NCBI RefSeq assembly: GCF_006345805.1
Contig: NC_043014.1
Span: 36,704,001-36,768,000, forward strand
Source: Octopus sinensis
Lineage: Eukaryota
Direction: 5' to 3'
Length of the DNA stretch: 64,000 bases
Below the pieces are notes generated by a model. It had not been told where the DNA came from. It saw only the letters and a program-made list of their open reading frames with translations, and did no database searches. The stretch's first letter is position 1, and every line of letters starts with the position of its first letter. Of the stretch, positions 40,877-54,750 are shown one piece after another. A program made the position numbers and the translations under genes.

Positions 40877-41190
40877 CTTTAACCATCTTCCTTGTTCAAG
40901 TTCGTTTATAATCTTCCCATGAGCAGACTGCTACAGCTTCGCATGTGGGGTTTGCTTTCCAACACGTAATAGAGCTTACTTCACCAGAAAATAAATCATT
41001 CTCGATACCTTGGATAATTATTAATGGTTTTCACGTATGTTGTCCTTCGTGACGTATTGTATATGCACAACTCTAACCTCGTTTTGTTGCAGTTTGAAGT
41101 CAAAAGAATTATATACCACATATCATCATGTTACAAGTCATCCGAACATCAATACCGTCAGCTGGTGTCATTTATAGAATCTAAATGAAC
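40877..41190 (-). pseudogene. Disabled V-type Ig exon (psiV2)
   Basis: MTPADGIDVR...FDFKLQQNEVRVVHIQY...ITCWKANPTCEAVAVCSW... with stops and frameshifts. Positional counterpart of psiV1. Confidence 0.8.
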
Positions 41191-41459
41191 AATGAAGAGA
41201 AACATATATATCAGAGAAATACATAATTGCGCTTATATAACAATGGTTAAGAAGAAGATATAGTACGGAGAGCAATGGCATTGAAAAGGTGAATGAGTGA
41301 ATGCCAATTGTAGTCTCTCGCACTCTGAGAAAGAAGGTTCAGCAGTTTCTTGCTGATAGACCTGTATAAAGATTTTGTTTATAATGATCAAACGTATGTA
41401 ATATACTTTTATACCCTTAAAATGTTCGGATATATAATTTAACGAAGTGGACTTAATAT

Positions 41460-42517
41460 TGTTACGAGGTGGGGGGCATCCGATTCGAACTGTTACGGAA
41501 ATCTTCACACAGGCCCGTTCCATGCAGCGAATAAGCTACGGAAACTCGTCGGAGAGAGGAGAGAGAGACACAACCGCAGCAAGGCAACAGAGACACAGAG
41601 ATACAACCGAGAGATACACCAAAAGAGGCAGGACGGCAACACTGGCTTACATTTAACAACCAGTTTATATGACAATCAATTGTTACACATCAAATACATT
41701 TAAGGCAAACATTTAAAGGAGGACATGCACGTGACTACTCAATACATCATGTTCAATAACAACAGCATTTCAAAGGTACACGTCCGAAGACAACAGTTCT
41801 ATTTCAAATCACTTCAACAGATAACGTTCACAGTTCTTTTGCAAAACACATCACAGATAACGTCACATCAACAAGTCCTTTACTGTTCTTTTCACTGTTC
41901 AATACACCAATTCTTTTCACTGTCTCTTTACATCGTGACACGTATCAATACATAATCAAATACCTTAATTCCTAATTAGAATCGCCGGTGTCCCATATTG
42001 CACTCCATCTCTCTCTCAATTCTGCTAACTCCAGCTTGCCAAGTCCTGAATCCAGCCGCTTGCTCCTAAGGTTCCAACTACTCCCTTTGACTTCCAAAAT
42101 CCGACTGTCCTTCTTGACGACCGACTACCAACTGCCAAAACCTCACTTCCTCTCTCTCCTTCCACTACCCTAATCTCCATCTGCTCTTCTGCTTATAGCC
42201 TCTCTCTCTGCCCTGGTCCCTAACTGCCTATGTCTATCGCCCCTCATCCTCTCTCACTGCCAATATCCTCTCTATCTGCTGTCTGCCCTTACTGCCTATC
42301 TCTATCCTCAATCTCCCTTAGCCTTATACCCTATCTCTCTCACTAATTTTCTTCCTCTTCTTCAAGGGGTGTCTAGGACGACCTCCAATCGACCGCACAA
42401 GGCCAAAAGGTCCCATTAATCTCCCAGTAAACAAAGGACTGTCACTTTTCTTCCAGACGTGCCGGCGCCACACCCAAAAGTGGGTCAGAAATACTGCACT
42501 AGCCAAAATCCATAACA
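41460..42517. mobile_element. Solo LTR (~1.06 kb)
   Basis: TGTTA...TAACA termini and ATAT 4-bp TSD (41456-41459, 42518-42521). Absent at the paralogous site near 23965. Confidence 0.75.
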
Positions 42518-42641
42518 ATATCAATGTCTTCACAAGGCGTAATTTATATTTCTCTGTTTACTGAGCGGAAGTTTCAAAAGCACCCTTTGACGTAATTAAC
42601 GATATAACAATCCGATAAGTCTACACAGATGTGTGTTAATA

Positions 42642-43911
42642 CGAGGGGCGTTCAATAAGTAATGCCCCTGACCCACGTCCCATAACAGTAGAGCAACGAC
42701 ACTTGGCACAGTTATTAGTCTTTTCCTACATAGGAACTACCCAGAGTTATGCATTTCTCCCATCGTTTGATACAGCTCTGGAGGCCGTTTTTGTAGAAGA
42801 CTCCAGCTTGGTCCTCCAACCACGACGTGACTTCAGAAATGAAGGCTGCATCATCTGGGAAACGCTTTCCTTTCAAAATCAACTTCATGGCTGGGAAGAG
42901 GTGAAAATCAGAGGGTGCAAGGGAAGGAGTTCATAGCTGCACGCCTGTGCTTCTGATCTGGCGACACGCGAGTTGTGGACCGGAGCGTTGTCCTGCAGGA
43001 GGAGGATGCCTTTGCTGATCTTGCCCCGCCTCTTGATTTTGATAGCTTCTATTAATTTCCTCAAAAGTGAAGCATAATAGGCTCCTGTAATTGTGGTACC
43101 CTTTGCCAGGAAATCTGTCATCACTACTCCGTCCTGGTCCCAGAAGACTGTGAGCATAACCTTGTCAGCGGAGGGCTGCACCCTTGCCTTCTTTGGAGGA
43201 GGTGAGTCACGGTGCTTTCACTGCATTCACTGGGCTTTGGTCTATGGATCATAGTGATGGAACCAGGTTTTATCCTGTGTGATCAGTCTTTTGAACAATT
43301 TTGACTCATCTTCTTGGCACATCTCCAAATTCATCCTCGAGCACTCAACGCGTTCTTGCTTCTGGAAAGGTGTGAGCAACCTGGAAATCCATCTGGCAGA
43401 CACCTTTTGCATATGTAAATGGTCATGAATGATAGTTTCGACAGACCCGGTACTAATCTTGACCTTATGGGCTATTTGGCGAATAGTTATGCGTTGACCT
43501 TTCAAAATGGCAGCCTCAACTTGACGGACAGACGTCTCATCAACTGCAGAAAGGGGCGACCAGATCAGGGAGCTGTTTCCACAGAGTTCCGACTATGTTT
43601 GAATTCACAATGCCAGCGTTTTACAAGGTCATATGATGGGGCATCATCACCATAAGTTACTTTCATTTCATCAAAAGTCTCCCGTGGTGTGCGTCCTTTC
43701 AAATACAGAAACCAGATCACTGCTCGACACTCAACAGGCTCCATTTCACACTTGACTCAGTTCAAACACCTGTAAATCAGAAACCACAATTAGTTCAGAG
43801 CTGTAATTCGCCACTTAATCTATAGAGGTATAAATACGTGCACATGCAAACTTTCAGCTAGATCAAACAACTGCAAGTGGGTCAGGAACATTACTTATTG
43901 AACGCCCCTCG
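42642..43911 (-). mobile_element. Full-length mariner (1270 bp) with inactivated transposase
   Basis: TIRs CGAGGGGCGTTCAATAAGTAATG...CATTACTTATTGAACGCCCCTCG and TA TSD. Motifs VSARWISRLL, TQDKTWFHHYDP, KVMLTVFWD, LLQDNAPVH. In-frame stops and the YSPDLAPSD region is lost. Confidence 0.92.
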
Positions 43912-43913
43912 TA

Positions 43914-45990
43914 TCTATCACATCTCCCTTTTTGAGACTGACTTCTGCTGGAAGTGAATATTTTTTTCTACACCACATCTTTCTTTTTAGAATTTGTGGT
44001 ACTACCTCCAACCATTTCGTATACTTTCTTTTTCCTGTACCGCTACGCCTTGATTCGACAATTTCTTGTGGAGTCGGCGCATTAAAAATATCGTCGTGGA
44101 CTTCCATGGATACTTCTTTCCTCGTAAACCTTTCTTCAGCAAACCTTCTTTTCAGCTGATTTATGTGTTTTATGCTTCCATGTCGAATCTTTCACCAGGT
44201 TTGTCATTTTACCGACTCGTTTTATTATTTTGCGAAACTGACCTAATTTATCTTGCGAACATCAGTGTAGTAGGCGACTCGCCTGAAATAGATATTAGGG
44301 CTTCGTATTACACGGTTCAGCTTGTCCGTTCGGTCTTTGGTGACACTGAGGGTTAGTGACTTGTTCAACTGAGTAGCTCTTGCAAACATTCTTAATTTCA
44401 TTCGCCATGAATTGTTTAGTTATCGGAGACTATGCTGTCGGGCACATCATACCTAACAAGAATTTCATGTTGAAGTTCGTCTGTTACCGTGGAGCTCGGT
44501 TTCTCAAATTTATATATTTCTGGCCATTTTGTATAGCAATCTACCAATATTAGATAATATGATTGATTTAACGGTCTAGCGAAGTCTAGGTGTGGCCTGG
44601 TGCATAGCATATCGGTCTTGGGCCAAGGTTGAAAATTTTTAGGTGGTGCTTTCGCTGCAAGAGTACAACTTCTGAAGGATGTTACCATCTTCTCAATATC
44701 TAGATTCATTTTCGGCTAGTAAACATAACTGCTTTTATATCGTTCATAACGGTCTGTATACCTGGTAATAATTCGCAAGGCCCCAAAAATATCTGTAACA
44801 TTGTAATGTTCGTCGAGAGTGGCATATTATTACACTCACCCTATACGGGTCTGATCTGCGTCCATTTTCATCAATAATCTACCCTAGATATTTTATTCTT
44901 GTCATAAAAAATTCACACTTTTCCCAGCTGAGTTATTTTTTCGAAGGCCATTTTAAAACACTCAACATTCTGACACCGAAATTCACTTTTATATGAGCAT
45001 GTCGTCAAGGTATGTCGTTCATAACTTGTTGGAAAATGCCAGGTGCTACCTTTATACCAAAACGAAGTAGCTTAAATTTATACAGCCCTTTATGAGTATT
45101 AATTGTCAATAATTTAGAACATTCATCATCAACTTTTTCATGCAAGTATGCTTCCGATAGGTCCAACATTGAAGAAATTTTCCTCCATTCAAATTCGCGA
45201 AAATTTCCTCCGGACTTGATAACGAGTAATTTTATGACATCATGTTATGTTGTGCCAGGGGAGAGTCCTTTTCTTTCCGTGCCTTATAATTTACCACACT
45301 CACCGGTAAAATTTCCACTAATTTCTTATTTTAATTTTCCCAAAATTTTCGTTGCGTCTTGCAACCATTTCAATAGTCTTGACTCTCATCAAACATTTAT
45401 TTAAGCCTCTTAAAAAATCAGCACCTAATCGGATTTTACTTTTTTTCTTGACATATAGTGTTGGGGCAGCCCATTTTGTGTAATCAATTATTTCAATAAC
45501 GTCAATCTTTTCAAGTCTATCCAATCCTTTTTTGACTTGTTTCAATGCTGTGAAAGGTACAGCTTGTTTGGGTTTAAATACCGGTATAGCGTTTTCTTTC
45601 ATTTGATGTTTTGCCTCTGTTTTGGAGCAAAGACACAATTCATAAAAAACTTTTTTTTAAGTCCTCCGATGCTTTGTATGTACTGGCGGAGGACCCAATC
45701 CGATTTTACAAAAATTTTATAAAAAGATCCCATAAGTTAAATAATTCCATCTAATCAGTTCCAAATAAATTTGTCATATTTTTCAATGCAAAATATTTTG
45801 CTTTCAAGGTTTTCCCACGAAATGTAACATCACTTATCATTTCGTCCCTAAAATGCAATTTTTCTTTCCTGGAAAACCACGCGCAATTTTCGAACTTTCC
45901 TTTAATCTAAGCTTCCCTATTTTTCTCCATGTATCTGTAATAATTATCGTGATATCACTGCCCGTACCGAATTTTAAATTGATATTTAAG
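43914..45990 (-). mobile_element. Decayed Ty3/Gypsy pol, duplicated counterpart of 24091-27213
   Basis: Same PPT junction. PWPKTD...HLDFARPL...VDCYTKWPE...VPDSIVSDN integrase and WAAPTL RT. Confidence 0.85.
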
Positions 45991-46079
45991 TAAAAGACGT
46001 ATTAGTCAACATAACTGGATGCAGACGAAGTTTCATGTGATATATCAGTGTAAGGTTTCCATCAGAATAAGGGATCTTA

Positions 46080-46290
46080 TTCCAACCTGTTGGATGGCCA
46101 TTAAATCTACCGCGTTAATACACATTTTCACAGGTTTTGTTTTTCGTCCTGTGGGGTGTCCAACGGAAATCACCCTCCTTACCAAACCAGCTGGGTAAGT
46201 CTCCCGGTATATTCACCGACAGTTCGACTATGCGACCGGCTGTGCTGGGTTGCACCTTACCAGTATCACTAAAAGTGACCTGGTTTAAAC
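46080..46290 (-). mobile_element. Probable RTE-type LINE 5' UTR fragment
   Basis: Reverse complement TTGGTAAGGAGGGTG...TTGGACACCCCACAGGACGAAAAACAAAA matches the repeat at 61525. Confidence 0.45.
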
Positions 46291-46365
46291 ATATACACAT
46301 GCATATATGAGTGCAGGTATACATACACACGTGGATACATACACTCCTATTACTCCTTAACTATG

Positions 46366-46660
46366 TTATTTCTGTTACTCTTTTACTCATTTACTTGTAT
46401 CAGTCAAACGGATGCGGCCATGTTTGAGCACCGCCCTATAACGTTGCTTGAAGAAATCGAAACAAATGATTTTTCTGCGGGAATATTTTGTCGAAACGCT
46501 AAGTTATATGGACGAATACAAATCATCACAAGTTATCAATGATTGTGAGCAAAACAGGAAGTCCGCAAACACACACACGAATGTTTCTACACATTTTCCG
46601 TCTACAAAATGAACTCATAAACCAATGGTTGAGCAGAGTCTATTGATTCAAGCCAATTCA
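46366..46660 (-). mobile_element. Degenerate SINE (family of 11995)
   Basis: TTACTCTTTTACTC tail and GCGGCCATG...GAGCACCGCC reverse match. Confidence 0.6.
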
Positions 46661-46989
46661 CTTCTTCTATCAATGCACGTCATGATGACCATTAGATAGC
46701 ACGCACAGGGATTTCGTACTCAGTGGTGAAGGCTTGTATAGACTAAGTTTAGTGTCCAAGCTACCCTGCTGGCTTAATGCGCACTTAAATACTTAAGTCA
46801 GAAATCGCTCAATCATTCTCTCTCTCTAAATATGTATGTGTATATGTGTGTGTTTGTAACCATATATGTATTGCATGTATATATGTATAATGAATATATA
46901 TAGATATATATATATGTAAAAGTATATATAAATATATATATCTTGTTCTTCGTTATAACATATTCCACTATTTGCCACGGATCACAGAC

Positions 46990-47550
46990 TAGTTCACAGC
47001 AAAGTATTTGTTAAAACATATACAAAGAGGATACTGAGATGCAGTATACATCTGAGAATAAACATCGCTTCTTGAAAAAAATCTAGAAACGACAAAACAT
47101 TTTGAAATGCATTTAAACTCAAAGCTTGCAGAAATAGAGGAGTGTAACAACCATGAAGTGTTGTAGCACAATTGGTTCAACGAGAACGATTCTCAAATTA
47201 AATCTCTCCCACAAACTTTGCACAAGAGACACAATACACGGATTCCGGACTAAAACTCACCAACACTAAGATCACTATACATTTTCTCTAGAAAAACTAC
47301 ACAGAAAAAATTGTATGATATGAAAATTTCTTGGAGGGTCAAAAAGCCCAAGAACTTGAACAGGATGATAACTCTCCGAAACTTAGAGGAATGTATAACA
47401 ATCTAAAGGGAGCCACAGAACCTTTTCTCTCTAGCGACAGAACAGAAATTAGCAAAGTTGAAATTCTGGGAAAGATGGGTTGAACACTGTAAATTTGTTC
47501 TAAATCAAAACTCCACTACCGATCCTGAAATAATCAGCGAAATCACCCTA
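46990..47550 (+). mobile_element. Degenerate RTE-like LINE ORF fragment
   Basis: NWFNENDSQIKSL and ILGRWVEH...VLNQNSTTDPEIISEI, typical of the linker before the RT domain. Confidence 0.55.
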
Positions 47551-48385
47551 TAACGAAGGATTATGTGACCATTGTTCGAAAATAATAGTTTGAAAACAAT
47601 TATGCGAAAACATTTATTCAAAAATCATTTATTCGAATGGAAAATTGTATGAATGAAAATTATTCAAAAGGACAATTTTACGAAATGTTAATTATTGTAA
47701 TTTTTATTATTTTATTCAAACAAAAATGATAAACTTAAAAATCAGTACACAAATGATATTTATTTAATATACATATATCTTTATCTGCAATGATTAAAAA
47801 CAATTACGAATGAAACAAATAAATTTGTATAAGAGTATTAGAGAATATACAGTAAATTGTAGTTATATAAATTTATTTAACTATATGGTAATTTGAGTTT
47901 ATTTATATTTTATCATAGTTAATTCTAAATTTTAGGTTTCTAGTGGATGATATCTTATTGTTTAGTATTTGTTTCTCTCTTAGAGATTTTATTCTCTTTT
48001 TTGCTAAGCTAAAATATATTTGTAGTTTTCATGGATAAAATGTATATTTCCATCTGTTTGTTCTATTTCTCTAAGCCACGTATTCACGAGTAAATTTATA
48101 AACGCTAAGTAATACGTTTTTCGTTTTGAAACTTTTTAGTTCATAATACACCTTTTGGAGAGATAAGTAGACATTTTTGTTTGAGATATTTATTTAATCT
48201 ATATAAGTATTGATTGTTAAATATGATTTTCTTATTTTTTATTAGTTAATGATAATTTAGATACATTTATTTAATTATTATTATTTTATAATTATTATAT
48301 CTGAAAATATAATCACTGTGATTTTGATTGTACAAATGTTTTGGTATAACTAAAAGCTCGTATTATATTTCGAGTACTATTAAAT

Positions 48386-48387
<2 letters not shown>

Positions 48388-48434
<47 letters not shown>

Positions 48435-48560
48435 GAAGAAGAAGAAGAAGAAGAGAAGAAGAAGAAGAAGAAGAAGAAGAAGAAGAAGAAGAAGAAGAAG
48501 AAGAAGAAGAAGAAGAAGAAGAAGAAGAAGAAGAAGAAGAAGAAGAAGAAGAAGAAGAAA
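48388..48560. repeat. (AAT)n(AAG)n compound microsatellite
   Basis: Direct reading. Confidence 0.95.
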
Positions 48561-49089
48561 GATAATATGTATCTTTTCGTAAATAAGTTTATAAACGATA
48601 AGTTACACGTTTTTACTTTGGAATTTTTCATTTCTTATATTCAGTTTCATAAATATTTTCGGAATGATATCTATAATATTTATTTAAGTAATAATGGAGT
48701 AATTTATTTCTTTATTTATATGTTTATGGATTGAAAAAATATGGACTTTCAATTACTATATATTTTTTTTACTTATAATTCAGATACGTAACATAATATA
48801 AATTTATTATTTAATAATTATTATATGTAAGCTAAAACCTAAAACCTGAACATCTGATTTAGGTGTATCTGTCATGTAGATGTTCTTCTCGAGAGCTGAT
48901 TTCAAGAGGTATCTCATTAAAATAAACTCTGTGTCGCAAGATTTCTTCTTGGTCTTCGTATATACAAATGGCAAATTATGCTATACAGCTTCCTTCTTAC
49001 AGAAGATCCATAACAAATATCCATAACAAATATCTTTTCATTTTATTACTGCAAAAACGTCATCTTTTTGGAAGATCTCTTGTGCACAG

Positions 49090-49570
49090 CTTCTGGGATG
49101 GCCATCATCAAACACCAGCATTACTCCACCATCATATCTGAGTCCGATCGCCCTTGGTAGTGTTCTTCGATTATGTTAACTGTTTGATGAAAGCGTTCAC
49201 CTTTTTCGTCGCTAACATCACTCAGATTCTCAGAAAACTCATCCAAGAAACTGAGTAAGTAGTGCAATTTAATGTTCATTCTACATCCAAGTGCTTGCAA
49301 ACTCAAGAGCAGCTCTTTCACAATCTCTTCATATTTGTCACCTTTCCTGTTCCCAAAGAATTCAGCACCACATCATAGAAGCCCACCCTCATTATAGCAG
49401 CAAAATGTGGATCCCTGAGGAGTGTTCTTATTTCATGTCCATCATATATTCCTGCCTTCTTCTCGTCACAGATACTTAGAAAGGATGTACCTTAATAACT
49501 AAAACAGCCTCCACTATGATCAAGAGCTGTTGTGATTTGCTTCATTATACTAAGTTTCAAGACATGTTTT
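49090..49570 (-). mobile_element. DNA transposase C-terminal remnant, probably Chapaev3-type (CMC)
   Basis: LGCRMNIKLHYLLSFLDEFSENLSDVSDEKGERFHQTVNIIEEHYQGR matches the recalled LG-M..K.H.L.SHLD.F..NLG.VSDE.GERFHQ...ME.RYQG motif. Superfamily assignment is from memory. Confidence 0.65.
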
Positions 49571-50110
49571 GCAAATTTATGGGGAGCCCAAGTTTTGACC
49601 TGGTCTCAAAGTGCTACTTTAATGTAAGAAAGACACACCGTCTAGACAAAGTTATTGATGTTGCACCAATGAGCCTATAGAATGAAGTATCCACTGACAT
49701 AGAAGATATCGGGGTCATTACGGAACGTTCTTATCTTTGAGGATATATCCACAACTAGGTCACTGTGGTTCAGTTTACACCCAAAAAGAATAGGAAGGAT
49801 TATAAAGCAAAACTCAGCTTTAATATATTATTCAAAATTAACATCACAATCCAGCCAAAATTCCTGCAAATAGTAGTGCAAAGTTAATTTTTGGTATTAA
49901 CTTTGTATAGAGAACTACATATCAAATCCTAATGAGATTTGTCGAAGGCTAATTAGTTCATTGATAAATTCATCAATTAATTGATTAACAATGCGTGCAA
50001 ACCAAATACATTGTGATGAATAGCTTAAAAAGCTATTCAAATCTCTCAGAACCTTGAAGTTATGTAACAACATCGACTTCATTTTTGCGTCTGGTAAATA
50101 TATATATATA

Positions 50111-50520
50111 GGCGCAGGAGTGGCGGTGTGGTAAGTAGCTTGTCTGCCAACCACATGGTTCCGGTTTCAGTCCCACTGCGTGGCACCTTGGGAAAGTGTC
50201 TTCTACTATAGCCTCGGGCCGACCAAAGCCTTGTGAGTGGATTTGGTAGACGAAAACTGAAAGAAGCCCGTCGTATATATGTATGTATATATGTATGCGT
50301 GTGTGTGTTTGTGTGTCTGTGTTTGTCCCCTAGCATTGCTTGACAACCGATGCTGGTGTGTTTATGTCCCCGTTACTTAGCGGTTCGGCAAAAGAAGACC
50401 GATAGAATAAGTACTGGGCTTACAAAAGAATAAGTACCGGGGTCGAGTTGCTCGACTAAAGGCGGTGCTCCAACATGGCCGCAGTCAAATGACTGAAACA
50501 AGTAAAAGAGTAAAAGAGTA
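50111..50520 (+). mobile_element. SINE (family of 11995)
   Basis: Full head, body and tail. Confidence 0.88.
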
Positions 50521-50743
50521 ATATTACATGGAAAATGCGAGCAAGAGAAACAATATTCTTAAGATTAGAAACCTGCAAAATTACAGGAAGCGTTATTATA
50601 CTTGCAAAAGTTCATGAAAACTTATTAGATCTGGTAAAATACAGATGTAGAAAACTTTTACTTAAAATATTGCAGATAAGGATAAAATTTCAGATGAAAT
50701 ATTTAGATTCAGAAAATATTAGCTTTTATAAAAAGTAAAAGTT

Positions 50744-50842
50744 TTATTACAAGTTATTACTTCTATTAGTTATTACAAGTTATTACTTCTATTTGTTATT
50801 ACAAGTTATTACTTCTATTTGTTATTACTTGTTACTTCTATT
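50744..50842. repeat. ~26-bp minisatellite (TTATTACAAGTTATTACTTCTATT[A/T]G), about 3.5 copies
   Basis: Direct reading. Confidence 0.85.
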
Positions 50843-51333
50843 AAATATTAAAAATAGCTCAGTTAAAATATATTTCGCACTTTAAGAAAATTTATCATTT
50901 TAATTATTAATTTATAATAGGAATTTTTAAAATGGACTATAAAAAATTATAGTAGTACAAAATTAGTACAATAAACTGAATGATACAATAATAAATATTA
51001 TATATTCAGCAAAATTTAGCCATAACAAATACACAATAAAATTTGCTTGCGTGAGCCAATACTTCTTTTTTACATAACGAATTTGCCTACCATACATATC
51101 ATTTCATTTTGCATAACACTTTAGCTATATTGATACTTTTTGTTTCTCACTTTTTAAAGTATTCTCGCTTGATCAAAACTCAATTTCTTTCTGCCAAAAT
51201 GTACCTCGGAACAAGTCCTCTACGAAAATATTAACTATTTCAATTTGGTTAATAACTGAATTAGTGACAATCTCTGAAATGTACTGCGTGTGAATATATT
51301 GCGGCCTTAAGAATATTATTCAATTACTACAGT

Positions 51334-51334
51334 A

Positions 51335-51409
<75 letters not shown>

Positions 51410-51478
51410 ACTGTATGTATAAAATATATATGTATATATATATGTATGAATGTATATACATATATTTATATATGTATG

Positions 51479-51548
<70 letters not shown>

Positions 51549-51619
51549 TACATACATATATATATATATGTATATTCATTCATACATATATATACACATA
51601 TATATTTTATACATACAGT

Positions 51620-51688
<69 letters not shown>

Positions 51689-51702
51689 TATATATATACT
51701 AG
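51334..51702. repeat. (TA)n-rich fold-back (inverted duplication)
   Basis: ATGTATGACTGTATGTATAAAATATA at 51403 is mirrored by TATATTTTATACATACAGTCATACAT at about 51601. Confidence 0.85.
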
Positions 51703-52229
51703 TAGATTCATACATACATACATACTTAAGACTGAAAAGTAACAAGTAGTAATAGCTGAACAAAGAACTCAGTACACTATATAGAGGAAATATATTTATT
51801 TATTACCAAGAAAGTTGACAGTGAAGTTGACTTCGAAATTTTGGATCAGGTGTTAAGTAAACAGCATTCTGTAAAAGGGAAGAATTGCCATCATATAGAG
51901 AAACAATGGTTAGGTTATGAAGAAGGTAACATGTATACATATTTACAAGCATGCGCTGTGTCAGTGCGTGCGCATTTATATGTGTGTGTTTATGAATATA
52001 AATAGATAGATAGACAGGTAGATAGATATACATACATACGTACATACATACATACATACATACATACATACATACATACATACATACATACATACATACA
52101 TACATACATACATACATCCTTTTCGGGCATGTTCGTTTGTTGGCTGCACCATATAACTCGTAACAATAAAATTCATACCAAACATTCAACTTCATCTCAT
52201 CTCAAGTGTACCTTCCGAAAAGATTTCCT

Positions 52230-53722
52230 AACTTCCATTTACAGTCATGATCTCCAATGACCCTGTAAATGTGAAATTCGACGTCTCACACAGCTCATTG
52301 TCCAGTTAATACAATGTGGTAAGTGCTTGGCAACATTCAAGATACAAAACCCCTAAATTTCTATGAACCTTTCTCCCAAGAGTAAAGAACGGGGAAGGAG
52401 AGCAAGTGTACGAAAATAAGCTTCATAACTGACACCCACATCTATCTGACTTGTTTATTTGGAAGTCTTTGTTCAGTATTTTCATGTCTTCGCATCATCA
52501 GCCACACCATCTCACGTCTTCAATTGAAATGGATGTTTTGAGTAGATGCATCTCTTGAACACTGAACCCTGTTCCTTCGACAAGAAACAAAGTGAATTGT
52601 TGTCACTCTGCTCAGAAGGTTCTTATGACGAGATCAGCCGTCTTTCAGCTACACCAATGCCAATCAGTTATCACCAGTACTTAATCCTTTCTGAGTGAGA
52701 AGGGTAACGATGCTTGAAAATTATTCTCAATTTTAATTAACATAGACATATGGACTGAACCAGAATACCTAAAATTATAAACGATATCCATTCGTCTTCT
52801 CATCAATAACAGACATTCATGCAACCATCTCGATCGCTTTTGGTAATGCACCGTTTATCATGAGTTCCAGTGGTCGGAACGATGAGAGTGAAATCGCCAG
52901 TCTTTACGCAGACACGATTCTTCCTTCTCTGTCATAGTTAGGGCGTTATACCTTTCAATACTTATAACAGCTCGTTACGATCCTCATGAGAGACAATATG
53001 TAAAAGAAAAAACAAAAATGCAAATTTAATGGAGCAAACTCTTGATTCAACGCACGACCAATAGATTATTGCTTATTTTGATAACCAACAGAAGTCACTG
53101 TGCATTATAGCAACGATCCACGTTCAAAATCCGACATCTCCAGTCTGTTGCTTTTTGGAAACACGTTCCGCTTAAAAACCGCTACCATTGTCTGGAACCA
53201 TTTGACTTACTCGTTGCAGTCCGTCACAGACATAAATGGGGCCTTTATACATGGTTAGTCTCTGCAAATCTTTGTCCATGTATTTCAGGGATCGAGAAAA
53301 TGATGAATGATTATTCTCACGACGAGCACGCCGTAGGCGATGTCTTTTCTCTTCACCTCCTCTGTCGAAACTACACTTCTAATATTCTGTAAATATTTCT
53401 TTTTGATGAAACCCAACATCTGTTATTAAATTTACCCATCAATTCCTGCGTAACTGGTTGGCTAATTCGATCTGCACAACTTGTCCATTTTGTGTGAGAT
53501 ATGTTCCGTCTTCAGTATCCTGAAGCTGTTTATTAATCTCGTCTATGTTGATTGTATGGATAACCAATTTGAGTTCACTGTAACCAGCTGCCCAAAACTG
53601 TGGACAACATACACAATGCCTATCGGTTATTTTGTAAACAATTTATCTACAACCCAAATATCCTACTGTTATTTCCTCGACGTTCGTAACAACTGTGATT
53701 CAGAGTGCACAAAGTATCATTC
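52230..53722 (-). pseudogene. Gene C terminal exon (now 3' UTR), decayed TNFR-like/TM remnant
   Basis: Paralog of 32100-33622. Begins NDTLCTLNHSC in frame with the exon-3 donor. Confidence 0.5.
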
Positions 53723-54075
53723 CTAATAATATTATTAATATTACATAAGGGTTTAAGTGTGTTTTGATGAAAAAAGTATATACATACATGGAAATACGCA
53801 TGCATACATATATTCACAATCACGCGTGTGTGTAAACGTACACAAAATATGCATGCCGCCATACATATACAAATATGAATGCAAGCTTGTTTCTAAAAGA
53901 ATATTTGCCCAGATGTTTGCACCATCCCCCATCAAGGAAACGTATCTATTTCACGTATGCTAATGCACAGAAACCACATACATATAACCACATAAACAAA
54001 GCTTTTTTGCAAAGACCCACACGTATAAAAACACGAAAACATCTTCGTACGCAAGAAGGTACAGACACACACACA

Positions 54076-54132
<57 letters not shown>

Positions 54133-54451
54133 CTATGAAAAGTATGAATACATACAATAGCATAGAGACGCCGTAAGCATATTTAAACGAGAATACCTCT
54201 ATGTGGCATTTTAACTAACAAGAAATAGTAGCCACGTCACATACATATCACAAGAACTGTTTTAAAAGAAATTTGGATACATTGGATATTATAGTTCCTG
54301 AAAGGTACAGATGTGTGATCACACCCGGAATACCGTCGACTCTTAGATAACGGTTGAGCTGAGGCTAAATAACCGTTGTTACAAGAAAAGGGTAACCACC
54401 AATCAGGGTAAGAAATAGAAAATTGATTTACCTTTTCTTACGAACTGCTCC

Positions 54452-54750
54452 CTAACCGGAGATTCGTCTGGTAATTGAACCAAAATTTGTTTTACATGTG
54501 ATATTTGTGTCAGATACGTCTTTCATTGGTGTATGGAAATTATACTCAGATGACACCAGAGAATAACAGCTCGAAGTAACTGGTATTTTCACGCTTTTGG
54601 TGACATGATTTGATTTTCCATGTTTTGTTACAATCCACACAAAGGATACATGTGATTCAAATGGTTTGACAACATTTGCTACACATCTAAAGGTTCTTAC
54701 TTGTCCGCCAGACTCCTTAACTTTTTCCAGACTCTTTAAGTTGGATTTTG
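54452..54750 (-). CDS. Gene C exon 3: C2-type Ig domain with stop codon
   Basis: TTTGCAG acceptor, 299 nt open, (A)KSNLKSLEKVKESGGQVRTFRCVANVVKPF...VWIV...CYSLVSSEY...NITCKTNFGS...ISG*. Confidence 0.8.

Noticed and set aside
51320-51763. Low-complexity ORFs (YIYI, HTHT, MYVC, poly-R/F)
   Set aside because: Translations of microsatellites.
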